From Octopus bimaculoides (lineage: Eukaryota), in assembly GCF_001194135.2 (NCBI RefSeq), contig NC_068988.1, forward strand, positions 31,251,895-31,315,894: DNA of 64,000 nucleotides, in the 5' to 3' direction. Below, piece after piece: positions 27,248 through 41,625 of the stretch (position 1 is its first letter; every line of letters begins with the position of its first letter). The translations under genes and the position numbers were made by a program. The notes beneath the pieces were generated by a model that worked only from the letters and a program-made list of their open reading frames with translations, made no database searches and had not been told where the DNA came from.

Positions 27248-27719
27248 ATGTGTATGTCTAAGTAAATACATATTCATACAAATTTGCAAATGGGTATACA
27301 TGCGTGTATGAATATGTGTGCGTATTATATGCGTGTGTATACGCACCCGACGCATACGTACTGCATACAAATATGAATTGTTAATTCGGTAGCAGAGTAA
27401 GCCTTCAATTGACTTGGCCCAGTAATGCTCTATGAATGTCATTTAGAACTAAACATTTCGATTGATAGAAGGAAATTTCAGAATAAAAGTTAAACAAAAC
27501 GTGTGGTTAGCCGATGATTTTTCTGATATGTAGAATTACATAACAACTACACTGCTTATACTAAAATATGAAGTAATGACTTTAAGCAATCTTCCATGTA
27601 TTTAATATACATTTTATAAAGCAGCAGATCATGTTAAGCTGAACAAATATATGCATATACATATGTATATATGTATTGGTATATATCCATATATATGTGA
27701 ATATAATTTACATGTATAT

Positions 27720-27734
27720 GTATCTCTCTCTCTT

Positions 27735-27833
<99 letters not shown>

Positions 27834-27856
27834 GTCTCTCTTTCTGTCTCTCTTTC

Positions 27857-27887
<31 letters not shown>

Positions 27888-28030
27888 CTTTCTTTCTGTC
27901 TTTCTCTCTGTCTCTCTTTCTTTCTCTCTTTCTCTCTCTCTTTCTCTCTCTTTCTCTCTCTCTCTTTCTCTCTTTCTCTCTCTCTCTTTCTCTCTCTCTC
28001 TTTCTTTCTCTCTCTTTCTCTCTTTCTATA
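27720..28030. repeat. Long CT-rich (CT/CTTT) polypyrimidine tract
   Basis: Directly visible; source of the poly-SL and poly-ER ORFs. Confidence 0.95.
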
Positions 28031-28304
28031 TGTATATATNNNNNNNNNNNNNNNNNNNNNNNNNNNNNNNNNNNNNNNNNNNNNNNNNNNNNNNNNNNNN
28101 NNNNNNNNNNNNNNNNNNNNNNNNNNNNNNNNNNNNNNNNNNNNNNNNNNNNNNNNNNNNNNNNNNNNNNNNNNNNNNNNNNNNNNNNNNNNNNNNNNNN
28201 NNNNNNNNNNNNNNNNNNNNNNNNNNNNNNNNNNNNNNNNNNNNNNNNNNNNNNNNNNNNNNNNNNNNNNNNNNNNNNNNNNNNNNNNNNNNNNNNNNNN
28301 NNNN

Positions 28305-28338
<34 letters not shown>

Positions 28339-30316
28339 GTGAGCACACCTTTATGTAAAATTTTAGCATACCATTAAGTAAGGTAAAAACAATGTAGAAA
28401 GACAATCAAATCTAATCTGAGATGATATAGAAATATATATTCCACTAGTTGTCACTGACAGTCTGTCAATGATTCCTAAACTTTGTAATGATGTGCTTAT
28501 AATAATCCTAAGATATTTCCAAAGTAAGAACATAAAATATATGTTATCTTGTAAGATATTCACCGAAGCAGAGTGTTTTGCAATAAACTTCGTGACAAAG
28601 AAATACAAATGAAAGGTACTGGAAGATAGTGAAAGAGAAAGTGATGCAATATAAAAGAAGGATAATATGTAGAAAAGATCAAAAACGAATTTTAGAAGTT
28701 TTGAAATACTAAAGACAGCAATAAAGACTGTATTATGAAAATTAACTGAAAAATGATTATTAGAAGTTACAAGATTAGACGAATGTAGAAATCGGTATAG
28801 TGTTCTTTGTTGTTTTTGATGTTATTAGCTTTGTGCGCCAATTCGCATGCGCAGCTTTTTACTTGACATCTCATCAGTTGTAATCAACGATAAATATAGC
28901 ACTTCAGGCTAAAATAGAATATTGATGAGGCAGTGCAATGCGTACAATCTTCTGTTTTGATTCGCAAATCTTGAATTCTCGTATTTGATGCTACCAATCA
29001 TTAGCTTAGACAAGAGTCTTCTTCCACAACCCAGGTATGCGGTGTTACCGAACTCCACTGATGATGCCAACCCACTTAAGACTGCCCCTACTTCTATGAT
29101 ACAAAGTTCATATTTTAAATGGACCTAAAATAATCCCTTCCATCAATATTTCATGTTAATGTATTTTCAAAATACCGGCTTAATAATGACAAAGTTTTTT
29201 GTAAGGTATTTACTATTTTCAAATTTTTTTAAACAAATGTATTTACTATCCTGATATTCTCTTCTCTCTCACTCTCTCTCCTTCTCTCACACTCTTCTCT
29301 CTTTCTCTCTCTCTCACTCTCACTCTCTTCTCTCTCACTCTCTTTCTTTTCCTCTCTTTCTCCCTCCTCCCATACCCACCTTCCCCCTCTCTTAGATCCA
29401 CCTTCCCCTTCATCGTCAACCCGCCCTCATAAGCTCATCCCNNNNNNNNNNNNNNNNNNNNNNNNNNNNNNNNNNNNNNNNNNNNNNNNNNNNNNNNNNN
29501 NNNNNNNNNNNNNNNNNNNNNNNNNNNNNNNNNNNNNNNNNNNNNNNNNNNNNNNNNNNNNNNNNNNNNNNNNNNNNNNNNNNNNNNNNNNNNNNNNNNN
29601 NNNNNNNNNNNNNNNNNNNNNNNNNNNNNNNNNNNNNNNNNNNNNNNNNNNNNNNNNNNNNNNNNNNNNNNNNNNNNNNNNNNNNNNNNNNNNNNNNNNN
29701 NNNNNNNNNNNNNNNNNNNNNNNNNNNNNNNNNNNNNNNNNNNNNNNNNNNNNNNNNNNNNNNNNNNNNNNNNNNNNNNNNNNNNNNNNNNNNNNNNNNN
29801 NNNNNNNNNNNNNNNNNNNNNNNNNNNNNNNNNNNNNNNNNNNNNNNNNNNNNNNNNNNNNNNNNNNNNNNNNNNNNNNNNNNNNNNNNNNNNNNNNNNN
29901 NNNNNNNNNNNNNNNNNNNNNNNNNNNNNNNNNNNNNNNNNNNNNNNNNNNNNNNNNNNNNNNNNNNNNNNNNNNNNNNNNNNNNNNNNNNNNNNNNNNN
30001 NNNNNNNNNNNNNNNNNNNNNNNNNNNNNNNNNNNNNNNNNNNNNNNNNNNNNNNNNNNNNNNNNNNNNNNNNNNNNNNNNNNNNNNNNNNNNNNNNNNN
30101 NNNNNNNNNNNNNNNNNNNNNNNNNNNNNNNNNNNNNNNNNNNNNNNNNNNNNNNNNNNNNNNNNNNNNNNNNNNNNNNNNNNNNNNNNNNNNNNNNNNN
30201 NNNNNNNNNNNNNNNNNNNNNNNNNNNNNNNNNNNNNNNNNNNNNNNNNNNNNNNNNNNNNNNNNNNNNNNNNNNNNNNNNNNNNNNNNNNNNNNNNNNN
30301 NNNNNNNNNNNNNNNN

Positions 30317-30380
<64 letters not shown>

Positions 30381-30849
30381 GTGATGTTGACAGATATAAA
30401 TATTCATACATATACACACACACATTAAGTTTACCAATATACATGCAACGAAACATCTACACATGACAATATTGACCAAGGTTACCGTGGTATTTTCCGT
30501 AGGCTTTTCTTTCCACGGCTAAACCTAAACTGTCCTCCCCTTTTTTACACGAGAACATTACTGTGATACACGATCCCTATTGATCGCTTTGTTTTCCCGA
30601 CCCCTTTTGATCGAACTCCCCCCTTTTTCTTTCCAACGATCCCTTTTGATCACCTCCCCTTTCTTTCTCTCCTTCCCCCTCCCAAAAAGAAAACCTCTAC
30701 ATTGTATTTGTCCCATCTGTGTTGAGCCCTGTGTGGCTAATAAAAGAAATATATCCATCTATCTATCTATATAAACGTTCAGTCAATCTTCAGTCACCCG
30801 AAACTGAAGCAAAAGAAAGGTTGCAATAATAATTCTTTCTACAGTCGGA

Positions 30850-31146
30850 GTAAGGTTTGAGATTTTTTTTAGGGCTAGGTCAATTACATCGACTACAGCG
30901 TTCAACTATTACTTGGATGAAAGAATGAAAGTCAAGGTTATTTTCGGTGGATTTTGAACTCTCAGCATAAAACCAAAGAAATCGCGCTGTGCATTTTGCC
31001 CGCCCCGCTAACCATTCAGCCAGCACGCCTCTTTAAAAGATTATAATGGTAATAACAATAAGTCGATTAGAGCTATCCCAGTACTTAACCAGTACTTATT
31101 TTATCTTGTCCAAAAGAAGGAAAGGTTAAGTTGACCTCTGTGGAAT
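30850..31146 (-). mobile_element. Two degenerate family A SINEs in tandem
   Basis: Reverse complement of the family A core (ATTACATCGACT, GATGAAAGAATGAAAGTCAAGG, TTTGAACTC, GCATTTTGCCCG; second copy AGTACTTATTTTATC..AAGGAAAGGTTAAGTTGACCTC). Confidence 0.6.
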
Positions 31147-31918
31147 AATATAATAACAATAATATTTTGAAAATTTGCAATTGATGCATAAGTTTAAGAG
31201 GGAGGCGAAAAGTTGTTTTAGAAGAGGTGTAAAGTCGATATAGAAGAAAGAAAGCATAGAAAAAGGAATAATACTAAGGAAAGTGATTACGAAGACAATG
31301 ATCATGACGGTGCATAAGATGTTGGAGATATTTATGAAGTTGAATATGATAATGCTGATGATTACATTTATGAAGTTTAAGAAAATGATTATGATATTCA
31401 AAATGACAACGGCGTTGATGATAATGATGACGATGAAGGTGATGATGGTGATGATGATACAACCGATAGTCATCTTCATCGATCTTCCAATTCTTATAAA
31501 TGACACCTATAGTTGTTCTTGTCGTTTTCAATGGAATTATTATTATTTTCGTTGTCATTGCTGTTTTGTCGTTGTTGTTGTTGTTGTTGGTGGTGGTGGT
31601 GTTGTTCTTGTTCTTCTTGATACCGTTGTTATTCCTTTTTTTTACATTTGTTTTGTAACTGCTGTCATGTTCTCCTTCCATTTCATTTTTAGCGTTTCCT
31701 CAGTTTTGCTCATTTTTTTTACGTTTGTTTGGTTTGCTCCTGTTGATGAATTGGTATACAAGGCGCACAGGAGTACACACGCATATAGAGCCCGCACAAA
31801 TATATAGAACAAACGCATACAGAACATCCGCGCATAAGGAATAAACACTCACACATATAAAGCCTGCTAACACATATGTGCAGGACGCATACACATACAC
31901 TCAAACGCATGCACACAG

Positions 31919-31956
<38 letters not shown>

Positions 31957-32393
31957 CAAAACACATACAAAAAATTATATGTTGATTTTAGAACTATTCC
32001 ATGCTTGAAATTTTACCCATATTTATTAATTTTTTTTCAATATGAACCCCGCCATCCCTTCNNNNNNNNNNNNNNNNNNNNNNNNNNNNNNNNNNNNNNN
32101 NNNNNNNNNNNNNNNNNNNNNNNNNNNNNNNNNNNNNNNNNNNNNNNNNNNNNNNNNNNNNNNNNNNNNNNNNNNNNNNNNNNNNNNNNNNNNNNNNNNN
32201 NNNNNNNNNNNNNNNNNNNNNNNNNNNNNNNNNNNNNNNNNNNNNNNNNNNNNNNNNNNNNNNNNNNNNNNNNNNNNNNNNNNNNNNNNNNNNNNNNNNN
32301 NNNNNNNNNNNNNNNNNNNNNNNNNNNNNNNNNNNNNNNNNNNNNNNNNNNNNNNNNNNNNNNNNNNNNNNNNNNNNNNNNNNNNNNNNNNNN

Positions 32394-32431
<38 letters not shown>

Positions 32432-33084
32432 TATATGTTTACAATTACATATACGTACATATATATTTATATATTTATATATTTATACATAAATATATAC
32501 ATGTATTCAATTATTTATTTATTCTTCTTCTACTGTTATGATATTTAAACTTTCACTTCCTGTTTCAGAAAGTAAAATTTTCTTAAAAATATAATTTATA
32601 TATTTTTTCCTATCTTCATGCTAATTTGTTTCTTTCGCAAGTTATTTTTTGTTATTTAAAATCATTACTTTTAAACTTTCACTTCCTGTTCTGGGGATTG
32701 TGAAAAATGTAAGAAATGGAAAGTAAAAATGAATGAGTATAGATATGTATGTATATGTGAAGTCGTATGGGTGTTTGCATACATGCATGCGCACATACAT
32801 ATATATATATATATATATACATACATACGAGTATATGCGTGTAACATGTGTGTATGCGAATATATATTTATATATATAAAAATAAACACACATACACGTG
32901 CATACATGTATATATATATATATATAATGTGTTGTTAGCATGTCTTCGTGTGTGTGATAAAATGTTTATATTTGTACAACACACACACATACACATATTT
33001 ATATGCATAATATATATCTGTTTGTGTGTTTGTGTGTATGTGTGTGTGTGTCTGTGTAATATCGGAGGGGAGAGAGTGAGAGTG

Positions 33085-33132
<48 letters not shown>

Positions 33133-33376
33133 TGTGAGAGAGAGACAGAGATATGTATGTATTATAGCACTCATACATCCTCTTGAATTGGACAAAATAA
33201 ATGCGCTTAATTGTGTTGACACATAAGAAAAATATTTTTTTCGCGCTTCAATGTATTATACATATATGTATTGGTATGACATATCACTTTTTAATGATAA
33301 AAAACACAAAAATGGGATAAAAAAAGAATATATAAACGCACAAACATAAATGTATGCCTGTATGTGTGTATATATA

Positions 33377-33430
<54 letters not shown>

Positions 33431-34068
33431 CATATATATATATATAGGTACAATAAAGAAATCAAACGAATAACCCTAAATCTTTTCTTCTGAGGAGTTC
33501 CTAAGGCTTTCGTTTAATATGTATTGATGCAACAAATCTTTTCGTTTATGACATTTCTTCCATTTTGCTTTTTTTTTTTTTTTACTTTTTACTAATTGAG
33601 CTTATTTATTTTTGTGAAATAATTCAAAAAAGAAAAAGAAAAATCATAAAATCTCAATCTCTTATACATGCAGCTACAGCAGAATAAAGATGTTTGTCAG
33701 TGACAGTTTAAATAAGCAATAAATCAAGCGCGGACTCAGTTGAATGTAAATATGTAATAACAGATTTACCAACTGCTCGGGTTTGAATTCAAATCTCCAC
33801 CTAGACATTGTAGTCATTGTCGTCGTGGTTGTAGCAGTAATGGCGGTAGCTGTAATAGTTGTAGTTGTTATTGTCCCTTGTTTGCAGTATCGCATGCGTG
33901 TTAGCCTATGAACGAAGCAGTCATTAAATCCCTTACATACCGACCACACTTGAATGATCTTTCAGAACTACATCAGACGATAGTCGTTGTTTTCCCTAGT
34001 TAGTTTCTGAACTAGTACACCTTGGATCAAAGATGCTCCAACTATGATGTAAGTTAGTCACGTCATTT

Positions 34069-34153
<85 letters not shown>

Positions 34154-34219
34154 CTGTCTACCTATATAAACTGAGGGTACCTGGTCTAGTTCTATTTACA
34201 CACACACACACACACACAA

Positions 34220-34256
<37 letters not shown>

Positions 34257-34732
34257 TTAACTTGGATGTATTGTCTTAAACACCGTTAGCTGCAGTAACC
34301 TTCCTGAGAAATCATCTTGAATAGACTTTAAGCGATAATTTCGTCAGCACCGGCGGATGGGACTGTTGTATCACGTGATTTCAGCGTAAATTGTGCATCA
34401 TCAGTGACAGGCACCCTACTCTCGAATGCCAGCACGGAATCCTGTCAAACCGATTGAAAAGCAGTAAGTAATGTCACAAAAAAACTGGTGGGCTGTGTAT
34501 AAATTAGCTATTTTCGACAGAAGCAGCCTTTGTAACAAATGTTAATTTTCGCATCCAACTTAACTTCGATGTGCCGCGGCAATTGTCCTGAGAAACCATT
34601 TCGATTAGACGATATAATTTCTTAGGATGATTATCGTAGGACCTATTAACGCAGCTTACGACGTTTAAAACAACACATCCATGTTGAATTGGATGTGCAA
34701 GTGAATATTCTTAATATTATAACTTATCATAA

Positions 34733-34950
34733 AGACGGCGAGCTGGAAGAATCATTAGTACGCCGTACAAAATGCATTGCAGTGTTTCGTCTGTCTTTAC
34801 GTTCTGAGTTCAAATTCCGCCATGGATGTCTTTGCCTTTCATCCATTCCAGGTCAATAAAATAAGTACAAGTTGATCATTGGGGTCGATTTAATCGACCA
34901 ACTTCTCTCCCAAGTCTGTTGACCTTGTGCCAAAATTTGAACCCAATATT
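34733..34950 (+). mobile_element. SINE family A, full length
   Basis: GGCGAGCTGGAAGAATCATTAG head, GTTCTGAGTTCAAATTCCGCC, CTTGTGCCAAAATTTGAA 3' end. Confidence 0.85.
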
Positions 34951-36610
34951 ATACATTATTATAATTGTCGCTACTGTTAGCTACTTTATAGTGGAGGTGA
35001 ATATAAATATAGCTCTCATTCGTTTCATGTCAAAACATCTAGTTTATTCTATAATAGTTCTTCTAAAAAGTAAGAACCCCCCCATGATATATTAAAGTAT
35101 GTACATATTTCTTTTGCACTTCTGTGTTATAGATTATATCGTGATTGTTATGATGGCATGCTCACAAGAATCTGCGAGAAATTTCTCATTTTCTCATCGG
35201 TTTTGAACTAAGAATCCAGTGTAATATTACTCATGAATGTCACTTTCACCATTGATTATATAATACATTTCTTTTTATATCATTAAGGTTTTAGCATGCC
35301 GCACTTTATTTTAAGAATCCTCCAATATTATAATGCACGCAATGTAAAATTGAGCTTTGATAAGTTTTTAGGTATTTTTATATAAAACAATCGCTTGTAT
35401 TCACCAGAATCAACATAGAATAGCGGTGTAGTACAACTGTCTATAGTATTCCAAACTTAATGTCTACATATAACATGTACATACTAACTGAATTTTTATA
35501 TCTAGCACAAAATCTACGATGAGATTCAATTTTTGACTGATATATGTCAATAAATGGCTAGTAAGGCCAATACTATGCAGTTTATTATTTTTGCTGATAT
35601 CAAACATACTCTTTCAGAGGGAGGATGTATCCGAAAAATTATTACATACGACTTCAGAATACTTGTAAAGCTGAATCAAATTTAAAACTTTTTTCAAGGA
35701 TCAAAAAGATTGCACTTTCAACTGTAGGAATTCACTGCAGTCTTCTGTCCCTCCCCACTACGTACTATCAGGGGTACAGTAACTTCAACTTCTCCACACC
35801 GGAACGATGACTATATTGTGCAACGTATCGTTTAATTTTTTAAGATTGTAAGGTATAATTTGAATGACATTTGGCTGCTATATCTAAGAGTTTAAACGAA
35901 CGCTTAGAAGTTCCTTCTGTGGTTTAATCTTTAATACTTAGTTAATTTTTTTTTACGTTTAGGAAACGATCATATGAGAAGTTAGACATTTTTTATAGTA
36001 CCAGAAAGCTTGCCTCTGGTTTTATAAAATTTGCTCTTATATATTGTGATGTCCTCCACCACAAAAACCGTCTGTAAGTATATCCATATTACGGATTGAT
36101 AGGGCTGATAGTATATCGGTGAACAAACTGACAGATCGTCATCATAACACCAGCACATTACTGTATGACATCGTATTCAGCATAACGTCCTGATGCAAGC
36201 AGCAACAGCATTACAAACGAAATGTTGAGTACACTGTCGTCAAACAATTATGAGTTTCAATTCTGATACCAATTCTTCAAGACAAGGAATCGATAAGTGA
36301 TAGAATAATAAATATTTAGGGTGGATATGTGTCTCATAAACTGAATTATACACTATGCAAACTTTGTGTTTCTTGGAAATCACAAATGAAAATCAATTTG
36401 TAACTGAATTACATGTTCAGATCTTATCTATTATTCTCTTGTTGCTGAACGTCTCTGTATCTCAGTCGTGCAACGTCATAGCTTCACACCCACCCACGTA
36501 ACTCTGTATANNNNNNNNNNNNNNNNNNNNNNNNNNNNNNNNNNNNTATATATATATATATATATATGTGTTCATATAGATATAGATAGATGGATATGCA
36601 TACATACAAA

Positions 36611-36642
<32 letters not shown>

Positions 36643-37128
36643 TATTTTTAATATGCTTCATGTATTGTTTGTCTTGAACAATTTACTTTTATGTTACATG
36701 ACACACAAGGGATATATTTTATGAGTTCTCTTTGTTAAAAATCGACTTTACAGCTATACAAATTTGCTGTTCACTGTAAACGATATCGCTATCAGCAAGG
36801 AGTTTGGCTAAGAAACATTCTGACGCCACTAGAGCACAGTTATAACCTGAGGTGTAAAAGAGATTTTTGCGTTCTTGCGTAAAAGAAACATATACATATG
36901 CAGACATACACACACACACTCACACACACACACGTACACACACACGCTCACGCAGATACACAGACACACGGTACATAAAAACACGCATACACAAACACAC
37001 ACGCATAAATACACATATATACATATACGCTCGCACATGTGCACGCGCAAAGCATCACCCGAAAAGTTCGCCAAGATAGAAAGATAAAAATTGACATACT
37101 TCAACTTCTCATACTCGTCCATGTCCCA

Positions 37129-37129
37129 G

Positions 37130-37212
<83 letters not shown>

Positions 37213-37213
37213 T
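37129..37213. repeat. (CAT)n microsatellite
   Basis: Directly visible. Confidence 0.95.
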
Positions 37214-37779
37214 TCATCATCGTCATCGACTTCGTCATCATCATTGATACCGTTATTGTCGTCTTTGTCGTCCTCATCGTTATCATCACATTCAACTGCC
37301 TTGCCTTGTACGCTCGATCACTATGATAACATCGTAGAGGTGCTCGCATGAAATATGCTGTTTGTAGAGCACTTTCTTTCCTGGCACCTCACCCTTCTTG
37401 AAGTCTGACAACAATTGATTTCTTATTGAAAAGAGGAAGACAAAATGAAAGAAAAAATTAAAAAAAAAAAACAAGAATCGGTCACAGTACCTTGCTGAGA
37501 TATATTTATCGACTCCGAAAATAGGAAAGGAAAACTTAACTTTTCTAGGATTCGAACTTAACACACAGTGAGTCGAGACATTTAGCGGAAACCAAGCTAT
37601 TCAAATCCTTAACAGTTTTGCCAATTTGGAGCCATATTCAATTAGAAGTGCTTGAAGAGAAACAACAAGAACAACGATATCTTATTTACATGTTTATTGT
37701 AAATCCAACCATTGCTTTCCCTAAAACTATATCAAAACTATACTGTGTGTTGGCACTCCGTCGCTTACGACGACGAGGG

Positions 37780-38670
37780 TTCCAGTTGATCCGATCAACG
37801 GAACAGCCTGCTCGTGAAATTAACGTGCAAGTGGCTGGAATGGTCAAAGGGCGAGCTACAGAATCTGGATTGAAGAAATACAAAACTCTAAAAGTTATAC
37901 CGACCAATTCAACATATCAAAAAAAGAAGGAGGATTATTAAACGCAGACGACAGTGTCAATGTTGTGAAACTAGGCTTGAAAAGTTATGTTGTTCAGAGT
38001 AAAGAAAGAATACTACCGGTAGCTACCGATACCCCCAAAAATGACTGAACCAGTAGGAGAATTGAAAGAGAAAAGGAAGAACAACAGAATAAAGAAATGG
38101 AAAGAAATGGAACCACGTGGCCAATTCTTGCAACAAGCTGAGAACGTTGGAAGTAAAGAACGGAGGGAAGTTGAAAGGAGAAACTGAAATACTAATTGTA
38201 GACTCTCAGGAACAAGCCATTTGAACAAATATGATAAAGCCAAAGATCGACAAAGCTCAGTCATGTAGCAAATGAAGAATTTATAAGAAAGGAGAAGAAA
38301 GTATCAGTCACCTTTTGAGTGAGTGCAGTATATTCGTACAAAATGTAGGCATGAGTGTGTAGGCAAAAGAGAGCATAGGGATGTTAACCGAGTATCTGGC
38401 TTCAAAATAACAGAAAAATGGTACGAATACGAACCAGAGGCTGTGATAAAAGGTGAAAATTAAAGGATCTTGTGGCACTACCCCATAAAGATTGACCATA
38501 CTACTGAAGCAAGAATAACAGATACGGTTATAGAAGACAAAATAATTAAGCAGGGTAAGATCATAGATTTGAGAAATGTCAGAATCAAATCAGAATACGG
38601 AGGACACTGTGGAAGACTAAATTAACAATCATTCTTGTGGTAATTGTTGCACTTGACACAATGCACAAAA
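37780..38670 (+). mobile_element. Degenerate R4/Dong-like (RLE) non-LTR retrotransposon fragment
   Basis: Stop-riddled translation: EWSKGELQNLD (cf. WT.EEL..LDRKTRK), KEGGLLNADDSV, KGETEILIVDSQEQAI, EESISHLLSEC (decayed CCHC), EKWYEYEPEAV..ILW..I..DH. Confidence 0.75.
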
Positions 38671-38671
38671 T

Positions 38672-38757
38672 GCTACCTAAAAGTCAGAACGGAAAGACGG
38701 ATGAAATGCCGCTAAGCATTTTGCCCGGCGTGTTTAGGATTTTGTCAGCTCGTCGCC

Positions 38758-38760
<3 letters not shown>
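38672..38760 (-). mobile_element. SINE family A, 5' head
   Basis: Reverse complement AAGGCGACGAGCTGACAAAATCC..GCAAAATGCTTAGCGGCATTTCATCCGTC..GTTCTGA; abuts (TAA)n. Confidence 0.75.
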
Positions 38761-38818
<58 letters not shown>

Positions 38819-38856
38819 TAATAATAATAACAATAATAACAATAATAATAGATAGA

Positions 38857-39017
38857 TAGATAGATAGAAGAGTTCTTTACTTTTGTATACGATTGACACA
38901 ATCCATCACTAAGGTAAACATTAAGTTGGCCTTGTTGATGGGTTACGTCAGCTATGTTTACCTTCGTGATGGATTGTGTCAATCGTATACAAAGTAAAGA
39001 ACTCTTCTATCTATCTA
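38857..39017. mobile_element. 161-bp near-perfect hairpin (MITE-like)
   Basis: ~64-bp arms differ by one indel and one mismatch; a further 7 bp pair with G:U wobbles around a ~16-nt loop; lies in GATA/TATC and TAA repeats. Confidence 0.75.
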
Positions 39018-39100
39018 TTACATTTCTGCTGAGTTACTTCAGTCCTTTATATGAACTAATACTAATAGTGATAATAATAATAAGGATAATGATGATGATG

Positions 39101-39182
<82 letters not shown>

Positions 39183-39189
39183 TGATGAT

Positions 39190-40628
39190 ACCTGGGGATA
39201 AACGAAGGAGATGGTATACAACATGCTACTATGAAGGAAAAAATAAGAAAGGAGAATTACAAGAGAATATGGCTCATTAAAAATTGAACACAAATCCAAA
39301 AATGGCATCGAAGCCATTAACACCCTGGCACTTCCAGTAGTCCAATATAGTTTTAACATCATTAACAGGAATCTTACAGAGCTCCAACGCCTGGACAGGA
39401 AGACAAGAAAAATGCTAACTTTTGAGAACATGCAAAAGCAGATGGTGATCGTCTGTATCTACCTAGAAGCAATGGGGGAAGAGGAACGATGCAGGTCGAC
39501 CTCCACAATAGCAATGAACAGGTATTTATCTAGTACGGAGGTCCGGCTGCTGCAGCTTTTATGGAAACATGAATTCAGCAAAAGATCACATTCTATTTTC
39601 AAGGAAGCTTGCAAATTCGCATGGGAACTCGGCATTAACCCCGAATTAGGTGAAATACCTGATACTACTGCCGCAAAACAAGTAAAACGGATCAAGAAAA
39701 CTGCAAAAAAGAATGGGAAGAAACAAATTGAGGAGCGGTGGAGCCAGAAGCCTCTGCATGAACAGTATATAAGTCGAAATGCTATGTAGACCAAGCAACA
39801 ACTCAACAGTGGCTGAGAAGTTCAGGACTAAAAGCAGAGACTGGAGGTTTCATACTCGCGGCACATTATCAAAGCTTGCTTACTAAAAACTACCAGGCTA
39901 ACGTTCTTCAAAACGGTTCTGACCCTAAATGCAGATTCTGCAATACATTTGACGAAACAATAGACCATCTTGTCTCGGGATGTCCTGTGCTGACACCAAA
40001 CGAATACAAAAATCACTACGATAGGATAGGACAGTATTTACATTGGGAAATATGTAAACACTGCAAAATCAGCATTCCTGCTTATTGGTATGAACATTAT
40101 CCTGAACCAGTTGTTGAAGGTAAAAATGTTACTATCCTCTGGGATTTTCCAATCAACACTGACAGAACAATCCAGGCTTATCGACCAGACATGATTATTA
40201 AAGACAAGGAAAAAAAAATACTTGTAGACTAGTAGATGTAAGTGTTCCCATTGCTAAAAATATATCTGTAAAGGAATTTGACAAATTATGTAAATAAAAG
40301 GACCTGGAAATTGAAATACAAAAGATGTGGTATCTTAAAGCGAGAACTTCCTGTTATTGTAGGTGCCCTAGGTAGGATAAAATCCCAGGAGAACCATGTC
40401 TCACAATAATCCAAAAAGATTGTGCTGACAAGTACTACCCAAATCCATAGCAAAACCGTAGCCATTTAAATGTCAGTGTTGTGTTACATGAAGATATTTT
40501 GCTATTGCCTCAACCAGTTGCCCTCCTCAAGCTTTCAGTCATACTGTAACGTCTCTTACCCTTCACTCGCCCGAGGACGCTGGATGTACCTCGGCAAGTG
40601 ATTGTAACAAACATGCAGATTCAAAGCA

Positions 40629-40630
<2 letters not shown>
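39190..40630 (+). mobile_element. 5'-truncated R4/Dong-like RLE retrotransposon (late RT, CCHC knuckle, restriction-like endonuclease, 3'UTR), pseudogenised
   Basis: YLGINEGDGIQHATMKEKI, LQRLDRKTRKML, WLRSSGLKAET, CRFCNTFDETIDHLVSGC, WYEHYPEPVVEGKNVTILWDFPINTDRTIQAYRPDMIIKDK, PVIVGALG; (TAA)n on both sides. Confidence 0.9.
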
Positions 40631-40688
<58 letters not shown>

Positions 40689-40689
40689 C

Positions 40690-40785
<96 letters not shown>

Positions 40786-40930
40786 TCCCCCTTTTCTCTA
40801 TCATATGAAAATCTGGTGTGTTTGTTCTAATGGTCTACCAATGTATACAGAATATTTCTCTGCCCTAGGTATCAGGAAGGCACTCGGCAAGAAATAGAAA
40901 TAGAACTGAAAGAAGATGCTATTGAAAATG

Positions 40931-41007
<77 letters not shown>

Positions 41008-41029
41008 TATAATAATAATTATAATAATC

Positions 41030-41250
41030 ATTTCTACTATAGGCACACAGCCTGAAATTTTGTGGGAGGGGGCTAGTCGATTGCATTGACCACCCCCTAC
41101 CCCAGTGATTCATTGGTACTAAATTTATCGACCTCGAAACGATGAAAAGCAAGGTCGACTTCGACGGAATTTGAACTCAGAAGGTAGCGATGGGCGAAAC
41201 CGCTATGCGTTTCGTCAAGCGTCCTAACGACTCTGTCAGCTTGTCACCTT
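41030..41250 (-). mobile_element. SINE family A (first of a three-copy train)
   Basis: Full reverse-complement match; flanked by (TAA)n. Confidence 0.85.
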
Positions 41251-41281
41251 ATATAATAATAATAATGATGGTAATAATAAC

Positions 41282-41334
<53 letters not shown>

Positions 41335-41544
41335 TTTCAAATTTTTGCCACATGGACAATTTGAGGGAGGAGATTAAGTTAATTACATGTACCCCAGTGC
41401 GTAACTGGTACTTATTTAATCGACCCCGAAAAAATGGAAGGCAAAGTCGACCTCGGTGGAATTTGAACTCAAAAGGTAGCGACGGGCGAAATACCGCTAA
41501 GCATTTCGTCCATAGTACTAACGACTCTGCCAGCTCTTCGCCTT
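41335..41544 (-). mobile_element. SINE family A (second of the train)
   Basis: Full reverse-complement match. Confidence 0.85.
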
Positions 41545-41625
41545 ATATAGCAACAACAGCAACAGCAGCAGCAAGAACAACAACAACAACAACAACAATA
41601 ATAATAATTATAATGATAATAATGA

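Noticed and set aside
28560-28800. Purine-rich stretch possibly from an old LINE
   Set aside because: No diagnostic motif could be recovered by eye in any frame.
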